Shown here one piece after another: positions 50,458-63,687 of a stretch of 64,000 nt of DNA. Made by a program: the position numbers and the translations under genes. Each line of letters starts with the position of its first letter. Positions within the stretch are counted from its first letter, which is position 1. The stretch comes from Octopus vulgaris (lineage: Eukaryota), in NCBI GenBank assembly GCA_951406725.2, contig OX597825.1, forward strand, positions 59,334,001 to 59,398,000. The letters are read 5' to 3'. The notes beneath the pieces are model-generated. The model worked only from the letters and a program-made list of their open reading frames with translations. It did no database searches and had not been told where the DNA came from.

Positions 50458-50898
50458 TATGATTTTAAGCATTTTATCTGATCAAATTCATCCTATGTTT
50501 ACGGAACTGTTTCCGGGGGGGAAACGCAATCTTTCAGGATGATAATGCACCAATTCACACAGCTAAATTTGTTACTGAATGGCATGAGAAACATTTTAGT
50601 GAAGATGAACATCTTATCTGGCCACCACAGTTCCCAGATGTCAAAATTATTGAACATTTATGGTGCATTTTAGAAAAACAAGTAAGGAGTCAATATTCTC
50701 TACCATCACCACTACAAGAAATGGGGACAGATTTAGCTGAAGAATGGACAAAAATTCCTTTGGAAATATTTCAAACGTTGTACGAGTCCATACCTCGTAG
50801 AATTCAAGGGGTAGTTATTGCCAAAGGTGGTGCTACCCCATATTAAAATAAATTTGTTTGAAATTTTAAGGTGTTTCCATTATATTGTTCACCCGCTG

Positions 50899-50900
<2 letters not shown>
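50458..50900 (+). mobile_element. Tc1 (DD34E) transposase 3' remnant
   Basis: FQDDNAPIH, WPPQFPDVKIIEHLW and SIPRRIQGVVIAKGGATPY*, with one frameshift; TIR ends CCCGCTGTA. Confidence 0.92.
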
Positions 50901-50931
<31 letters not shown>

Positions 50932-51359
50932 GAACACGTACACACATGCATATTTATAACTCAGTGACTGCCTGCGTCTTTTCATCTGTAAGTTGTCGTA
51001 ACCTTGAACTCCGACTCCCTGGAATTTTCAAATGTATGCTCTATGACAGTAAACCACAGAATTTTATACACAAACAAAACATCCTTCTAAGGGTTATTTA
51101 TTGAGAAATGTATACTATGAAGATGTTACATCAAGACAGATCTTGATACAAATATCAGTTTCTGTACTTGAGAAAATGCATAGTATTGAAAGTAATGATT
51201 TTTGTAAATAGTCTAAGTGCAAAAGCCATGCAAAGACGTACTTATAGAAAAATGGATTGAGAAACGAATGTTTTAGTCAGTTGTAAGATAATCATACTTC
51301 GAAGCCAATACATTGAGTTTCTGCAACACATAGGTTACTGTATTAAATACTTCGGCAAG

Positions 51360-51778
51360 TTGGCGGGCAGGCAGAATCGTTAGCACGCCGAGCGAAATGC
51401 TTAGCGGTATTTCGTCTGCCATTACGTTCTGAGTTCAAATTCCGCCGAGGTCGTCTTTGCTTTTCATCCTTTTGGGGTCGATTAAATAAGTACCAGTTAC
51501 GCACTGGGGTCGATATAATCGACTTAATCCGTTTGTCTGTCCTTGTTTGTCCTCTCTGTGTTTAGCCCCTTGCGGGTAGTAAAGAAATAGGTATTTCGTC
51601 TGTCTTTACGTTCTGAGTTCTAATTCCGCCGAGGTCAACTTTGCATTTTATCCTTTCGTGGTCGATTAAATACGTACCAGTTACGCACTGGAGTCGATAT
51701 AATCGACTTAATCCGTTTGTCTGTCCTTGTTTGTCCCCTCTGTGTTTAGCCCCTTGTGGGCAGTAAAGAAATAAGAAA
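51360..51778 (+). mobile_element. SINE family B dimer (one head plus two 184-bp bodies)
   Basis: The body restarts at GGTATTTCG at 51406 and 51590. Confidence 0.92.
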
Positions 51779-51779
51779 T

Positions 51780-52165
51780 ACGAAACGTTATCTCGTCAAA
51801 CAAAATGCTTAGCGGCATTTCTTCTGAGTCTTTACGTGGTGGGTTCAAATTTTGCAGAGGTCAACTTTACTTTTCAATCTTTCGGGGTCGATAAAATAAA
51901 ATATCAACCAAATACTGAGGTCGAAGTAATCAATTTGTCTCCACCGCTAAAATTGATTTCAGACTTTGGCACAAGGCCAGCAAGTTCGGAGGGGTGGGGC
52001 GCTAAGTCGATTACATTGATCTCGGTGCTTATCTGGTACTTATTTTATCGACCGCGGAAGGCTGATAGGCAAAATCGACCATAGCGGTATTTGAATTCAG
52101 AACGTAAACACGGACGAAATGCCGGGAAGCATTTAGTTCGGCGTACAAACTATTCTCCGCCTCTC
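51780..52165. mobile_element. two older SINE B variants, tail to tail
   Basis: Plus copy about 51780-51955; minus copy about 51963-52165. Confidence 0.7.
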
Positions 52166-52426
52166 TCCGCTACTAAAATTGTTGACTCTGCGCCCAAGTT
52201 TGAAACCGTATTAATTACCTCGGTGGTGGATTCTTTTATTTTTTTTTACCAAACAGTTGAGCTGAAGTTATCATTAGGTTTATTTTTTTACCTCGACAAA
52301 TCGATTTAGTAAGTCCAAAGCGATTGTTTTTCATTTCACGCAATTTGTATCACTGTTCGTCCGAATTTGTAACTAAGCAAAATGAAAAGCCGCTGTGTGC
52401 TTGTGAGGTGGCACCAGGGACTTATT

Positions 52427-52824
52427 ACACTCTTTTACTCTTTTACTTGTTTCAGTCATTTGACTGCGGCCATGCTGGAGCACCACCTTTAGTCGAGCAA
52501 ATCGACCCTAGGACTTATTCTTTGTAAGCCCAGTACTTATTCTATCGGTCTCTTTTGCCGAACCGCTAAGTGACGGGGACGTAAACACACCACCATCGGT
52601 TGTCAAGCAATGCTAGGGGGACAAACACAGAAACACACATACATATATATATATACATATATACGACAGGCTTCTTTCAGTTTCCGTCTACCAAATCCAC
52701 TCACAAGGCATTGGTCGGCCCGGGGCTATAGCAGAAGACACATGCCCAAGATTCCACGCAGTGGGACTGAACCCGGAACCATGTGGTTGGTTAGCAAGCT
52801 ACTTACCACACAGCCACTCCTGCG
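52427..52824 (-). mobile_element. SINE family A, full length
   Basis: Consensus-like copy. Confidence 0.92.
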
Positions 52825-53129
52825 TAACATTGTTTTTTGTCTGTGTTATTTCCTATTCGCTTCTATCTAGAAATCAAAGGAAATGACTATTAGTCCTTCC
52901 AAACTTTGCTTTTGTGACCTGGAGATTAATGTTTTGAAACTGATCTATTTTCCATTACATTTCAGACAGATTCAGCGCTGAGTTACTGACGCAGAAATAT
53001 CGTTATAACAAATATCCCGCTCCATACCACAGATCTGCTTGTCATTTGCTTCATCTTAATCACTTGAGCTGTCACTTAGTGGCTGACAATATGTGCATCT
53101 TTGATCATGAGCAGGAGTAGGGAGGAAGC

Positions 53130-53206
53130 ATTATAGCCCCATGTTCTATATTTAGGAGATGAAGAATTATGTACATTATTTACATTATTTACATTTGACG
53201 GATATT
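53130..53206 (-). mobile_element. 3' tip of the tRNA/HHR PLE module
   Basis: GTTCTATATTTAGGAGATGAAGAATTATGTACATTATTTAC is the reverse complement of about 55310-55370. Confidence 0.75.
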
Positions 53207-53995
53207 TATAGCCGTGTTGAAGGGGATTCTTTGGGGGTTTGAATAAATGTAAGAAAAGCAAAATTTGAAAGAAATATTAGCCCTTTTTAATACTTTCTAG
53301 GGTTAGCAAATAGGAAATAACAGTTGCTTCCCAAGGACAAAAATCGTGTTACACAGTGTTATTAATTCATTTGTTGAAGTTAGCTGAATTTGTAGGGCAT
53401 AGGTTCGGTTTACCGAAACAGGAGCTGTCCCTCCGCTATATAACTATTTTTATATGCGTCTGTTTGAGAAGGGTTTTTTTTTGTCCTGAGATAATCTCCT
53501 CTCTTCCATATTTATCATTAATGTTGCAACTTTAAATACACGAAATTAGTGTTAATCGTTTCTTGAGCACTTCGTAAGATTAAGCCTGAGATTATGTCGA
53601 AGGGAATCTGTTACATTCAACGCACTCGCACTCACACGTATACATATGCACACACACATACACATAGACACATACATACATATCATTCATTCATTCATTC
53701 ATTTATACATACATAAATACTACATACATACATACATACATACATACATACATGCATACATACATAAATACATACAAACATACATACATACAAACATACA
53801 TGCATACATACATACATACATGCAATGACCTGTATGTACATAATGCATGCATGTATACATACGAACGAACATTCTCACACACATACATATGTATATATAT
53901 CTACACATATACATGAATACACAGACAAATATGTACATACCCGCGTGCGCGCCTGTGTATGAATGTATGTAGGTGCATTCATACCCTCCCATATA

Positions 53996-54037
<42 letters not shown>

Positions 54038-54041
54038 AATA

Positions 54042-54079
<38 letters not shown>

Positions 54080-54082
54080 TAC

Positions 54083-54128
<46 letters not shown>

Positions 54129-54332
54129 ATATGTCTTTAAGCATTTATTCATTATTGTATTATGTGAAAAATTTTGGGTATGCCTCCCCCATTCCAAAGA
54201 ATTTCTTCTGAAGTGTGAATTCCTCTGCATTCTTTTCTCTCTACCTCATCTTTGCTCTCCATCATCATCTTCATCTCCTCCTTTTCCTCTCATTCCCCTC
54301 CTTACCATTCATCGCACACTTCATCAGCTCTT

Positions 54333-54478
<146 letters not shown>

Positions 54479-54489
54479 TCACTGCCTGT

Positions 54490-55373
54490 AACAATCTATT
54501 AAGCAACAACTACCCGCAAAGCATACTCTTCACTCCAATTATGAAGAAAAGAGAGGATGAAACCGATGAACTGTCCACAGTCTGTCTACCCTATGTGAAA
54601 GGCCTCTCCGAAAAGATACAAAAGATATGCGGCCCATATATCATCAGGACAGTATTCAAAAGTAATAAAGTAATACAACACTTCGCAAATATCTCCTTCG
54701 AGTAAAACCACCAATAGAAGAGAATATGACCAAAGACTGCGTGTACTCCATCCCATGCAGCTGTGGTAGGTTATACAAAGGCGAAACATGCCACCCCCTA
54801 AAAATAAGGGTAGAGGAATATTGCAAAGCTGTGACACGAGGAGATATTGATAAATCGGGTATAGCTGATCATGTATGGAAAAATGGAGACCACCTCCCCC
54901 TGTGAGATGAAGTTAAAATAATAGACAGAGAACACCACTAGAAAATATGAAAACTAAAAGAAGCAGTACATATGCTAGGACACAACCTCCTGAGCAGACT
55001 GAGTGCAGAGATGAACAGTATATGGGAACCAGTATTAAGGAAGGATAGGAAAATATTAGATTTATAAGACCTAAAATTCACTCCATAATTGCCCACGGGC
55101 ATATGGTGTAGCGAGTAATTATGGGCTAGTAACCCCAAGATTCCGAGTTCGATTCCAATAATAACAATAACAATAATAATAACAACAACATCGAAAATAC
55201 CTTAGGAACGAGAACCCAGGTTCGAAATTTCTCCAAGACACCTGATGAAGGCTTGGAGGGTATATCAGCCGAAACGTTGTGTTAACAACAAACAAGATGA
55301 GGACAAATATCCATCAAATGTAAATAATGTAAATAATGTACATAATTCCCCATCTCTTAAATATAGAACTGTA
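54490..55373 (+). mobile_element. 5'-truncated Poseidon-like Penelope element ending in the tRNA-(AAT)n-HHR module
   Basis: [14 protein letters not shown], frameshift, then CVYSIPCSCGRLYKGET...KSGIADHVW...KLKEA (GIY-YIG, several stops). tRNA-like 55097-55156; HHR 55237-55283. Confidence 0.92.
55237..55283 (+). ncRNA. minimal type I hammerhead ribozyme
   Basis: GACAC-CTGATGA-A-GGCTTG GAGGGTATAT CAGCC-GAAA-CG-TT-GTGTT; palindromic AACGTT stem III (dimer type), GUU site. Confidence 0.85.
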
Positions 55374-55585
55374 CATTTTATTATTTAATACAAATGGGGA
55401 TGTCTTCAGTTGAGGAATTTATCAAGGGTTTCATCCGTCAATTCGTACACATCCCATTTTGTCTTCTGAAATTATTATTGAGAAGAAGAGTACAATAAGT
55501 TGCTTACTAATATTATGTTTCTTTTTCCATTTATCAACGGAAATGAAATTGTTCTGTTATCATCGAAATCGGTTAGTAGCATTGG

Positions 55586-55640
<55 letters not shown>

Positions 55641-55648
<8 letters not shown>

Positions 55649-56237
55649 TTAGGGAATAAATCCAAATTCACAGGGAAAAATCAGATTTAGAATTATCCAA
55701 TTTTATAGTAAAATATTATATTATATTATATAGTTCATAGTTCATAGTTTAAAACTCGCCAAGAAGGTTTTGAAACCACCTGAAGAATGTCTCAAAGATG
55801 TGCTGACACGAAACGATCGTAGTGGTTATTTATAATTGTTAAATTTTTAATTTATATAAATTATTTTATGTATTGGCTTAAGTCTTTCTTTGTTTGATTT
55901 GCATAATAGTGGTTTTGTCTCTAATATAATATAATATATATATATATATATATATGTAATAATAAATATTAGGGAATGAATCCAAAATTACAGGGAAAAA
56001 TCAGATTTAGGGTTAAATCCAATTTTATAGTAAAATATTATATAATATAATAATATAAAATTTTGAAGACTTCAAAATTTGATACTGATTAGAAGATCGA
56101 AAATCCACCTGAAGATTGTCGGTAGCAGACATGAAACATTTGTAGTGGCGGTTTATTTAATTTATATTAAAATTTTATGTATTGATTAAGTCTTTCCTTG
56201 TTTGGTTTTAAAACAGTGGTTTTGTCTCGAATTATAT

Positions 56238-56240
<3 letters not shown>
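55641..56240 (+). repeat. two tandem about 320-bp HHR-containing monomers (retrozyme/pLTR-like)
   Basis: Both start AATAAATATTAGGGAAT...CAGGGAAAAATCAGATTTAG; HHRs at 55775-55826 and 56105-56148. Confidence 0.85.
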
Positions 56241-56296
<56 letters not shown>

Positions 56297-56297
<1 letters not shown>

Positions 56298-56585
56298 CTC
56301 AGTGGTTAGGGCAGCAGACTAGCGGTCGTAAGATCGCGGTTTCCATTCCCAGACTGGGCGTTGTGAGTGTTTATTGAGCGAAAACACGTAAAGCTCCACT
56401 AGGCTCCGGCAGGGGTGGTGGCGATCCCTACTGTACTCTTTCGCCACAACTTTCTCTCACTCTTTCTTCTGTTGGGCTGCTCGCTTAGTCAGTGGGGTGG
56501 CGTCATTTGAAGGCTAAAACATTGAGAAGCGCATTGTGACCAGCGATGTGTAGCAACATCTGCTAGCCTGGTCGGTCACGGTGAT
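56297..56585 (+). mobile_element. SINE family D with alternative tail
   Basis: Head matches 48355-48525; the tail differs. Confidence 0.82.
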
Positions 56586-56757
56586 ATATATATATATATA
56601 TGCATATATACATACATATATACATGTATACATGTGTGCATGTGTTTGCGTGTGTGTGCGTGTATGTATATTTATATGTATGTATATATACATGTGTGTA
56701 TGTACACACACACACACACTCACACACACACACACACACTCACACTCACACACAAAC

Positions 56758-57033
56758 ATAGGCATATCCCAACTTACGTCAGTAATTAAAATCCAAGCGA
56801 TGTGACTTGTAAACGACTTAACGCGAAAATCCTTAATAAAAAAAAACTTTATTAACTTACATCTGTTTTAACAAATGGCTTGTTCATATTTTCGCATGTA
56901 TTTTATATGATTTTCTATTTCAGTATAGATATTTAGGTGTTTCTTTTTAAAAAGAAATGTCTATGCATTTAGATGTGTTTCTTTGAGATCATCGTAAAGT
57001 CGAATAAATCGACTGCGATTGAAGTACGCCTCT
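56758..57033. mobile_element. Tigger-like MITE, decayed
   Basis: TAGGCATATCCCAACTTACG ... CGATTGAAGTACGCCTCTG resemble CAGGCATACC-type TIRs. Confidence 0.5.
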
Positions 57034-57046
57034 GTGTGTGTGTGTG

Positions 57047-57122
<76 letters not shown>

Positions 57123-57186
57123 GGCATGTATAAATAAATAGAACATATATGTACATATATATATATGTACATATATATATATGTAC

Positions 57187-57251
<65 letters not shown>

Positions 57252-57353
57252 GTTCAGAGATTTATTATTGTTTTTATATATATATTTACATGCCTATATA
57301 TATAGACATATATATATGTGTGAATGTATGTATGTAAGTAAATATGTAAATAC

Positions 57354-57487
57354 CTCCAATGTCAGACTCCCGTAGAAGATGACATTGACTTCACAAACAT
57401 CCAGAAAAAACTATAACGAGAGTCACGTTTCAATGACACCTTGCTTCTTCTATCTAGGTCCTCTTTGGTCCCCACCTACACCTTCAC
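57354..57487 (-). other. candidate non-coding (UTR) or cryptic exon
   Basis: Long pyrimidine tract ...TTTTTTGTAG|GTGAAGG and donor TTGGAG|GTATTT; all three frames contain a stop. Confidence 0.25.
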
Positions 57488-57801
57488 CTACAAAAAACAA
57501 CAACAAAAAGCAACAACAAGAAGAAGAACAACAACAGAAGACAAATATCTCTAGAATGTTATTTGGCACTAACTTAGCAGAAGATGCCTTAATTTAGATC
57601 CCTATCGGCGAAAGGGTGAACATGTAAGGGGGTTGTTATAGGAGGTGGTGGCGGCGGCGGCGGTGGTTTTTGAGGCTACAAGTCTAACGAGACTCCTGCG
57701 GTTTTCAGTGTAAGAACGAACCGAATGTTGCCTGTTGCTGCTGCTTAATGTTGTTCTTGTTCTACAGTTAGAATCCAATCAGTGCCATTCATGAATGCCA
57801 C

Positions 57802-57843
<42 letters not shown>

Positions 57844-57883
57844 TGTATATGTATATATGTACATATATTTGTGTATGTGTACG

Positions 57884-57923
<40 letters not shown>

Positions 57924-58059
57924 TACATATATACATATATATATGAACATATGTATATATGTACATATATATATACACACATATGTATATGTATGTGGAT
58001 GTATATAAATATATATATGTCTAAATATACATACATATATAAATATATATATACATATA

Positions 58060-58095
<36 letters not shown>

Positions 58096-58178
58096 CATAT
58101 ATGTATATATATATATATATATATATACATATATGTATATATATATACATATATATAAACATATATATGTAGTTTGCG

Positions 58179-58220
<42 letters not shown>

Positions 58221-58227
58221 CGTATTT

Positions 58228-58325
58228 CAGAATAAGCACATAAATGCGAAACAAGGTGGAAAAACAGTACTCGAAGACCAGAGGTAGAGTAATATGCTTT
58301 ATTAAAAAGCAGCAAAATAATAAAG
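58228..58325 (-). mobile_element. 3' part of the CCGACGA-family repeat
   Basis: Reverse complement of about 29985-30075. Confidence 0.8.
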
Positions 58326-58349
58326 TATATATATATATATATATATATC

Positions 58350-58527
58350 ACCATGATAGATCGCTAGCCAATACACACATTTTTTTCTCTCCTTGTTTCT
58401 TTCTGTGGAAGAGCGTAGGCTCGAAACGTTAAATACTTTTTTTCAATTCCCGAGCGTTATACTAATACATCTATTTATTTTCTACACCTCCTGTCTTCTT
58501 TTTTTTTTTTTTTTCGTGAATTCTACA
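58350..58527 (+). mobile_element. Neptune-like PLE terminal repeat (solo), core CUGUGGA
   Basis: CCATGATAGATCGCTAGC...CTGTGGAAGAGCGTAGGCTCGAAACGTT. Confidence 0.85.
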
Positions 58528-59289
58528 TACATATATATCTACATGTATATACGTATGTATGTTTGTATGTACGCATGCATGTATGTATATAAATATACAT
58601 ATATATATGCATACATACATATATACATGTATATATGTGTGTATATATGTGTGTGTGTGTGTGTATGTATATATGCATATACATATATGGATATAGGACA
58701 TCACCAGCAGTAAACAGCAAGAAACAAATGGAAAACAGGATAAGTAACACAAAGAAATTTGGGTTTATTCCATGCCAGACCATGGCTTCTCCGGCAGATA
58801 GGTCTTTTGATCAGGACATATTTGTGCAATTTTTCGCAAAAAATTTCCTTGGCGATCTTTTCCCTTTTTAAATAATTTACATGTTTGTTCGACCGTTTCC
58901 CATGACTTTATACATTAAAAGTTATTAAAACTTCAGAAGTTCTTACAACTTTGGTTGTCGTAATGCTTTACTTTCCTTTGTGTAATGATAATTCCTCATC
59001 GGAATGATTTTGCTTTCATTTTGTAATAGGCAACTATCATGCAGAAAATGCCAGCCTCCAAATCCTGTTTCCTGATTAGGTAAAACTGATTAAACTTTAA
59101 ACCCTAGTATCAGGGAAGGGGAGGAGTCAGGAAGAGACAGAGAGACAGAGAATGTGAGAGGCAGACAGAGAGAACGAGAGACAGACAGTGAGAACGAGAG
59201 ACAGGGACAGAGCGGGAGATAGAGAATGTGTTTACTGAAGGGAAAAGCAAATTTTAATACTATGTTCTTTAATTTATACCTATCACTTA

Positions 59290-59982
59290 ACGCACGCCTC
59301 ACAACTTGCACCTCAAGACTGGCACACCAGTGATGCTTTTAAGAAACTTGGACTCACCCAAGCTTTGCAATAGCACACGACTTACGATCAACAAGATGAT
59401 GCCAAAAGTCTTAGAGGCGACTATTCTCAAAGCACAAGTGGTGAGGTTGTCTTCATACCACGAATTCCTCTGATTCCTTCTGACATACCATTTGAGTTCA
59501 AGCGACTGCAATTTTCTGTAAAACTGAGTTTTGCAATGACCATAAACAAGGCCCAAGGACAGTCCTTGGAGGTGATAGGCCTAAACATTGCAGAACCCGT
59601 TTCTTCCTATGGTCAACTGTATGTACGATGCTCAAGAGTCAGCAATCCAAATCATTTGTTTATTTATGTCCCAGAGGGCAGGACCAAAAACGCACTATAT
59701 CAAGAGGCTCTGCAAAATTGTTAATAATCAACAAACATCCAATTGTTTCATAGCTGCACATTGTCAGTCCTTTCATCCCTCCAACCATCCATCAGTTCAA
59801 CTTTGATATTACCTTACCATTATAATCAATCTCTTTTATGATTCAAGTGTATTACTTGACAGAATTTGCAAATCTATCCCATATCACCATGTACTTGTAA
59901 ATCTATTTGTTATATAAACGGGAACTGAATGGGGAACGGGATAACTCCCGCTTTTCCGGATATTGCCGGATAATTCAACTAG
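59290..59982 (+). mobile_element. Helitron 3' end (PIF1 helicase C-terminus)
   Basis: PVMLLRNL..PKLCNSTRL; RIPLIP..PFEFKRLQF; FAMTINKAQGQSL; GQLYVRCSRV. Terminal hairpin TCCGGATATTGCCGGA then CTAG (59979-59982). Confidence 0.92.
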
Positions 59983-59986
59983 AATA

Positions 59987-60022
<36 letters not shown>

Positions 60023-61038
60023 TGTATGTATGTATGTATGTATGTATGTATGTATGTATGTATGTATGTATGTATGTATGTATGTATATATATATACACA
60101 CATGCATACATACATACACACATACATACATACATACATACATACATACATACATACATACATACATACATACATACATACATACATACTTACATACACA
60201 CGCACACACACACACACACATATATTCTGTGAATGTATGTATGTAAACGCTCGCACGCACACAATCTTACACACACGCACTCGCTCACTCACTCACACAC
60301 AAAGTCATAGGTATATCTAAAAACATAGCTAACGTTTCTAAATTCCGAACTCGCACCTATTCTCTCACCTCTATTCCATCCATCCCAAGAATATAATCTA
60401 GCTACCACCACCACCACCACCACCATTAACAAAATCCCTGCGAAAACCACCACCGCTACCGCCGCCATCACTCCCCCACCACCACTGTTCCCGCCGCTAT
60501 TATATTTAGTTGGCCATATTTTATTGCAGCATAATCAAACGACTCAAACGAGGAAGCCAGCAATACCGGTATTCGGAGAACGTCGTAAATAAGAGCTGTT
60601 TGGGAGATCCTCGTTTTCAGCTTACAAGCTTTCTATAATCACTGTTACACTATCAAACCCTAACATCGCCCTTTAAGGAATTTCCTCCCTTGTCTTTGTC
60701 TGTCTCTCTCCCCCTCTCTCCTCCCTCTCTCTCTCGTCCGTTTTTAGTAGATTGTAGTATGTTTCAAGTAAAGCATGGTTCAAGAGAGCACTGGCTGCTC
60801 TTTCAACCATACAAGGCATCCGTCACTGACTGATAGTGGGTAGGGATTTTGAGAATATGATAATGATGACGATAATGGCAATAATGATGGTAGCTCCGCG
60901 GTCTCCAAGTTTGACGATCATTCCATACTTTCATGTGCCACCTCTTTCTTATTATGCGTACATACATCCATACATACATACATATATACATATATACATA
61001 CATACATACATACATACATACATACATACATACATACA

Positions 61039-61070
<32 letters not shown>

Positions 61071-61145
61071 CAATACACACGCAGATATATGATAATATAT
61101 ATTTATGCATATATACATTACACACACACATAAAAACATATTATA

Positions 61146-61187
<42 letters not shown>

Positions 61188-61194
61188 ATGTATA

Positions 61195-63400
61195 GAAATT
61201 ATATCAGGAATAAAAGGGGCTGCATAAGAGTTTTACGAGTCCATCAGCTGTTCCTAGGGGCTTGGTGATCCAAATTAATGATTGTAAATTGATTCCATCA
61301 TCGGATAATACCAACCTCCGTCTTCAGGAACGAATTTTACATTTAAGGTGTTGACAGAAAGGATATTAAATATGGAATGATCTTGTGGAGAGCTGTGTTA
61401 GAAGAAGGAGTTGGGAGGTACAACTACACAATCTAAACATTTTAAGACCAGGAAGCATGAAATATTAGGGCTTGCATCACTTCTCTCTCTCCCTCCAAGT
61501 TAAATCTTTACCTAAACTCTTCTTTAAAATCCTAAAGTTTAATTTTCCACCACAACATAAATACTATCCCATATTTAACAAATCATCCGTGAAAATCTAC
61601 TCCACCACATCTAATTTAGGACCCATAATCACCTCCTCGAACACCAGTCCTCGGAACACCTAAACTCTCACACCGCACTCCAAATTAGCTCAGTGTAGCA
61701 ATAACACAACCCTTAGTAACCTGCCTCAATTAAATAATGCCAGACTCAAGCCATCATCCCTCAATCCTAGCTACGAGATAACAAATACTAGCTATAATAC
61801 CACTTCCCACTCCAATACAAATTTAGATTGCACCTCAGATTCTCCCCTACTAACAATGGGCCAACGGAGCTCAACCTCACTAGCAGTAGACTCCAACCAC
61901 AGAGCAGGTAGGAAAAGCTGCAACTGTCGAGTTTCTTAATTATGCCCTTTTGGAGGTTCCTTTCAACGTACAAATGTAATTTACAAGTGCCGTGTTATAA
62001 CACCACGCTCTCACTAAGCAAGGGTAAATCGGCGGCACGGTAGATTTTAAGCGCCGCTACTGTGCACACATGAACTCTTTCTCCAATCAAAATTCTAAAT
62101 TATCAACCTTCTTAGCAACGTATATACACAGCCTTAAATCTCAAAATATTCCATACACTCTATCCTAGTCCATAGTAAGCGAAACTCCCCTATACAATGC
62201 AAACACTGGCAAGTGTAAGTTATGTCTAAAAGAATCATTAACCATTCTTCGCTTTCATAACTCTTCATTACTTAATAGATTCTCTGATGTTATTTATACT
62301 TGTAAACGCAATTACTACTAATCTTTTATGCACTTTGCTAAATCTAAGTAATCCCATAATAAGGATCTATACCGAAAATAACCTTAAACTAAGACAAAGT
62401 CAGCCAAGCAACCTACTACGTAAAAATATTACCCTCTCTTATTCTTTCTCATACCCACATTTCCGATTTCTTCCAAATTCTTCAAATCCACTACTTCCCA
62501 CTTAGACTCCCCATCCTCCCCACTTTCAAAAAGTACTTAACATTACCTCACTCCTTTGAAAAACAACCAATCTACCTCTACCTCCTCCCTATTCGCATCA
62601 TTCTATTCAATTTCATACACCTCTGTTTACCATAACACCCCTCCAATACCAGCCCAGTTCTTCTGTTCCATTAACAACTACTAGTTTGACCCCTTCTCAA
62701 CAACCCCCACGCTATCCCCGTCCATCTCTTCTCATTCCTCTCTACATACATTACTAATCTCCCTCAGTCACTGAACCAGTCAACTTATTTTCCTCAAATA
62801 ATGGCCATTCCCATTTTCACTATCTCAAACTTTAACGCTGTAGTCTTCATTCAAACTAATACAAAGGTCACCATTCACATATTACCTAAACTACTCTTCC
62901 CTCTTCCTCCCACCTTCCACATCCACTACTATCTCTAAGCTCATTAATAAAGCCCTAACCCTGAAATTTAGCTTCTCCTTCCACTACTCTCTATCTAAAT
63001 ACCTTCCAACTCCTCCTTCTAACACACTTAGTACTCCACAAAATCATTCCATCTTTAAACTTCTTTCTGTCAACACCTCAAAAGTAAAATTCGTTCCTGA
63101 AGACGAAGACTGATATCCGATGATGGAATCAATTTACAATCATTATTTTGGACCACCAAGCCCCTAGAAACAACCTTGGACTCGTAAACCCCTTTTCTTA
63201 TTCAACCCCTATAATTCCTGATATAATTTCCATTCTGCTTTATATGTATACATAAGTACATCTTTCTGTATGAAATGTATTTAATAATAATTTGTATATT
63301 GACTTGCCTAACTTGCTTATACCTATTTAACTCCTCTACCAGCTCAAGTTTAAACCTCTTGAGCGCTACGAAGTGTATTCTATACGGAGAATATCTATCT
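61195..63400 (+). mobile_element. 5'-truncated Naiad-like Penelope element with inverted terminal repeat
   Basis: FPPQHKYYPIFNKSSVKI; SCNCR..LCPFGG..NVIYKC; IGGTVDFKRRYCAHMNSF; TGKCKLCLKE; LLNRFSD. Inverted repeat 61195-61420 versus 63000-63230. Confidence 0.88.
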
Positions 63401-63410
63401 CCCATCTGTA

Positions 63411-63482
<72 letters not shown>

Positions 63483-63489
63483 ATATATA

Positions 63490-63687
63490 TTTACTTTATA
63501 GAAGGAGCTTCCACAGGACTAGAACTGTTTCATTCAAATGAAATCTTCAGGAAGAGCTTCCAGAAGATTTCATTTGAATGAAACAGTTCTAGTCCTGTAG
63601 AAGCTCCTTCTATAAAATAAATTAATTTACTCTGCTATGTATTGAGTACCTTATTTACTGTGGTTAACCCCGACTCAACCCGGGACC

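Noticed and set aside
59536-59724. Host PIF1 helicase gene
   Set aside because: Frameshifted and intronless, followed by a hairpin plus CTAG terminus, so it is a Helitron remnant.
61900-62320. Selenocysteine recoding as reported for some Naiad elements
   Set aside because: The in-frame stops I can read are TAA/TAG plus frameshifts, consistent with decay; no TGA at a conserved Cys and no SECIS identified.
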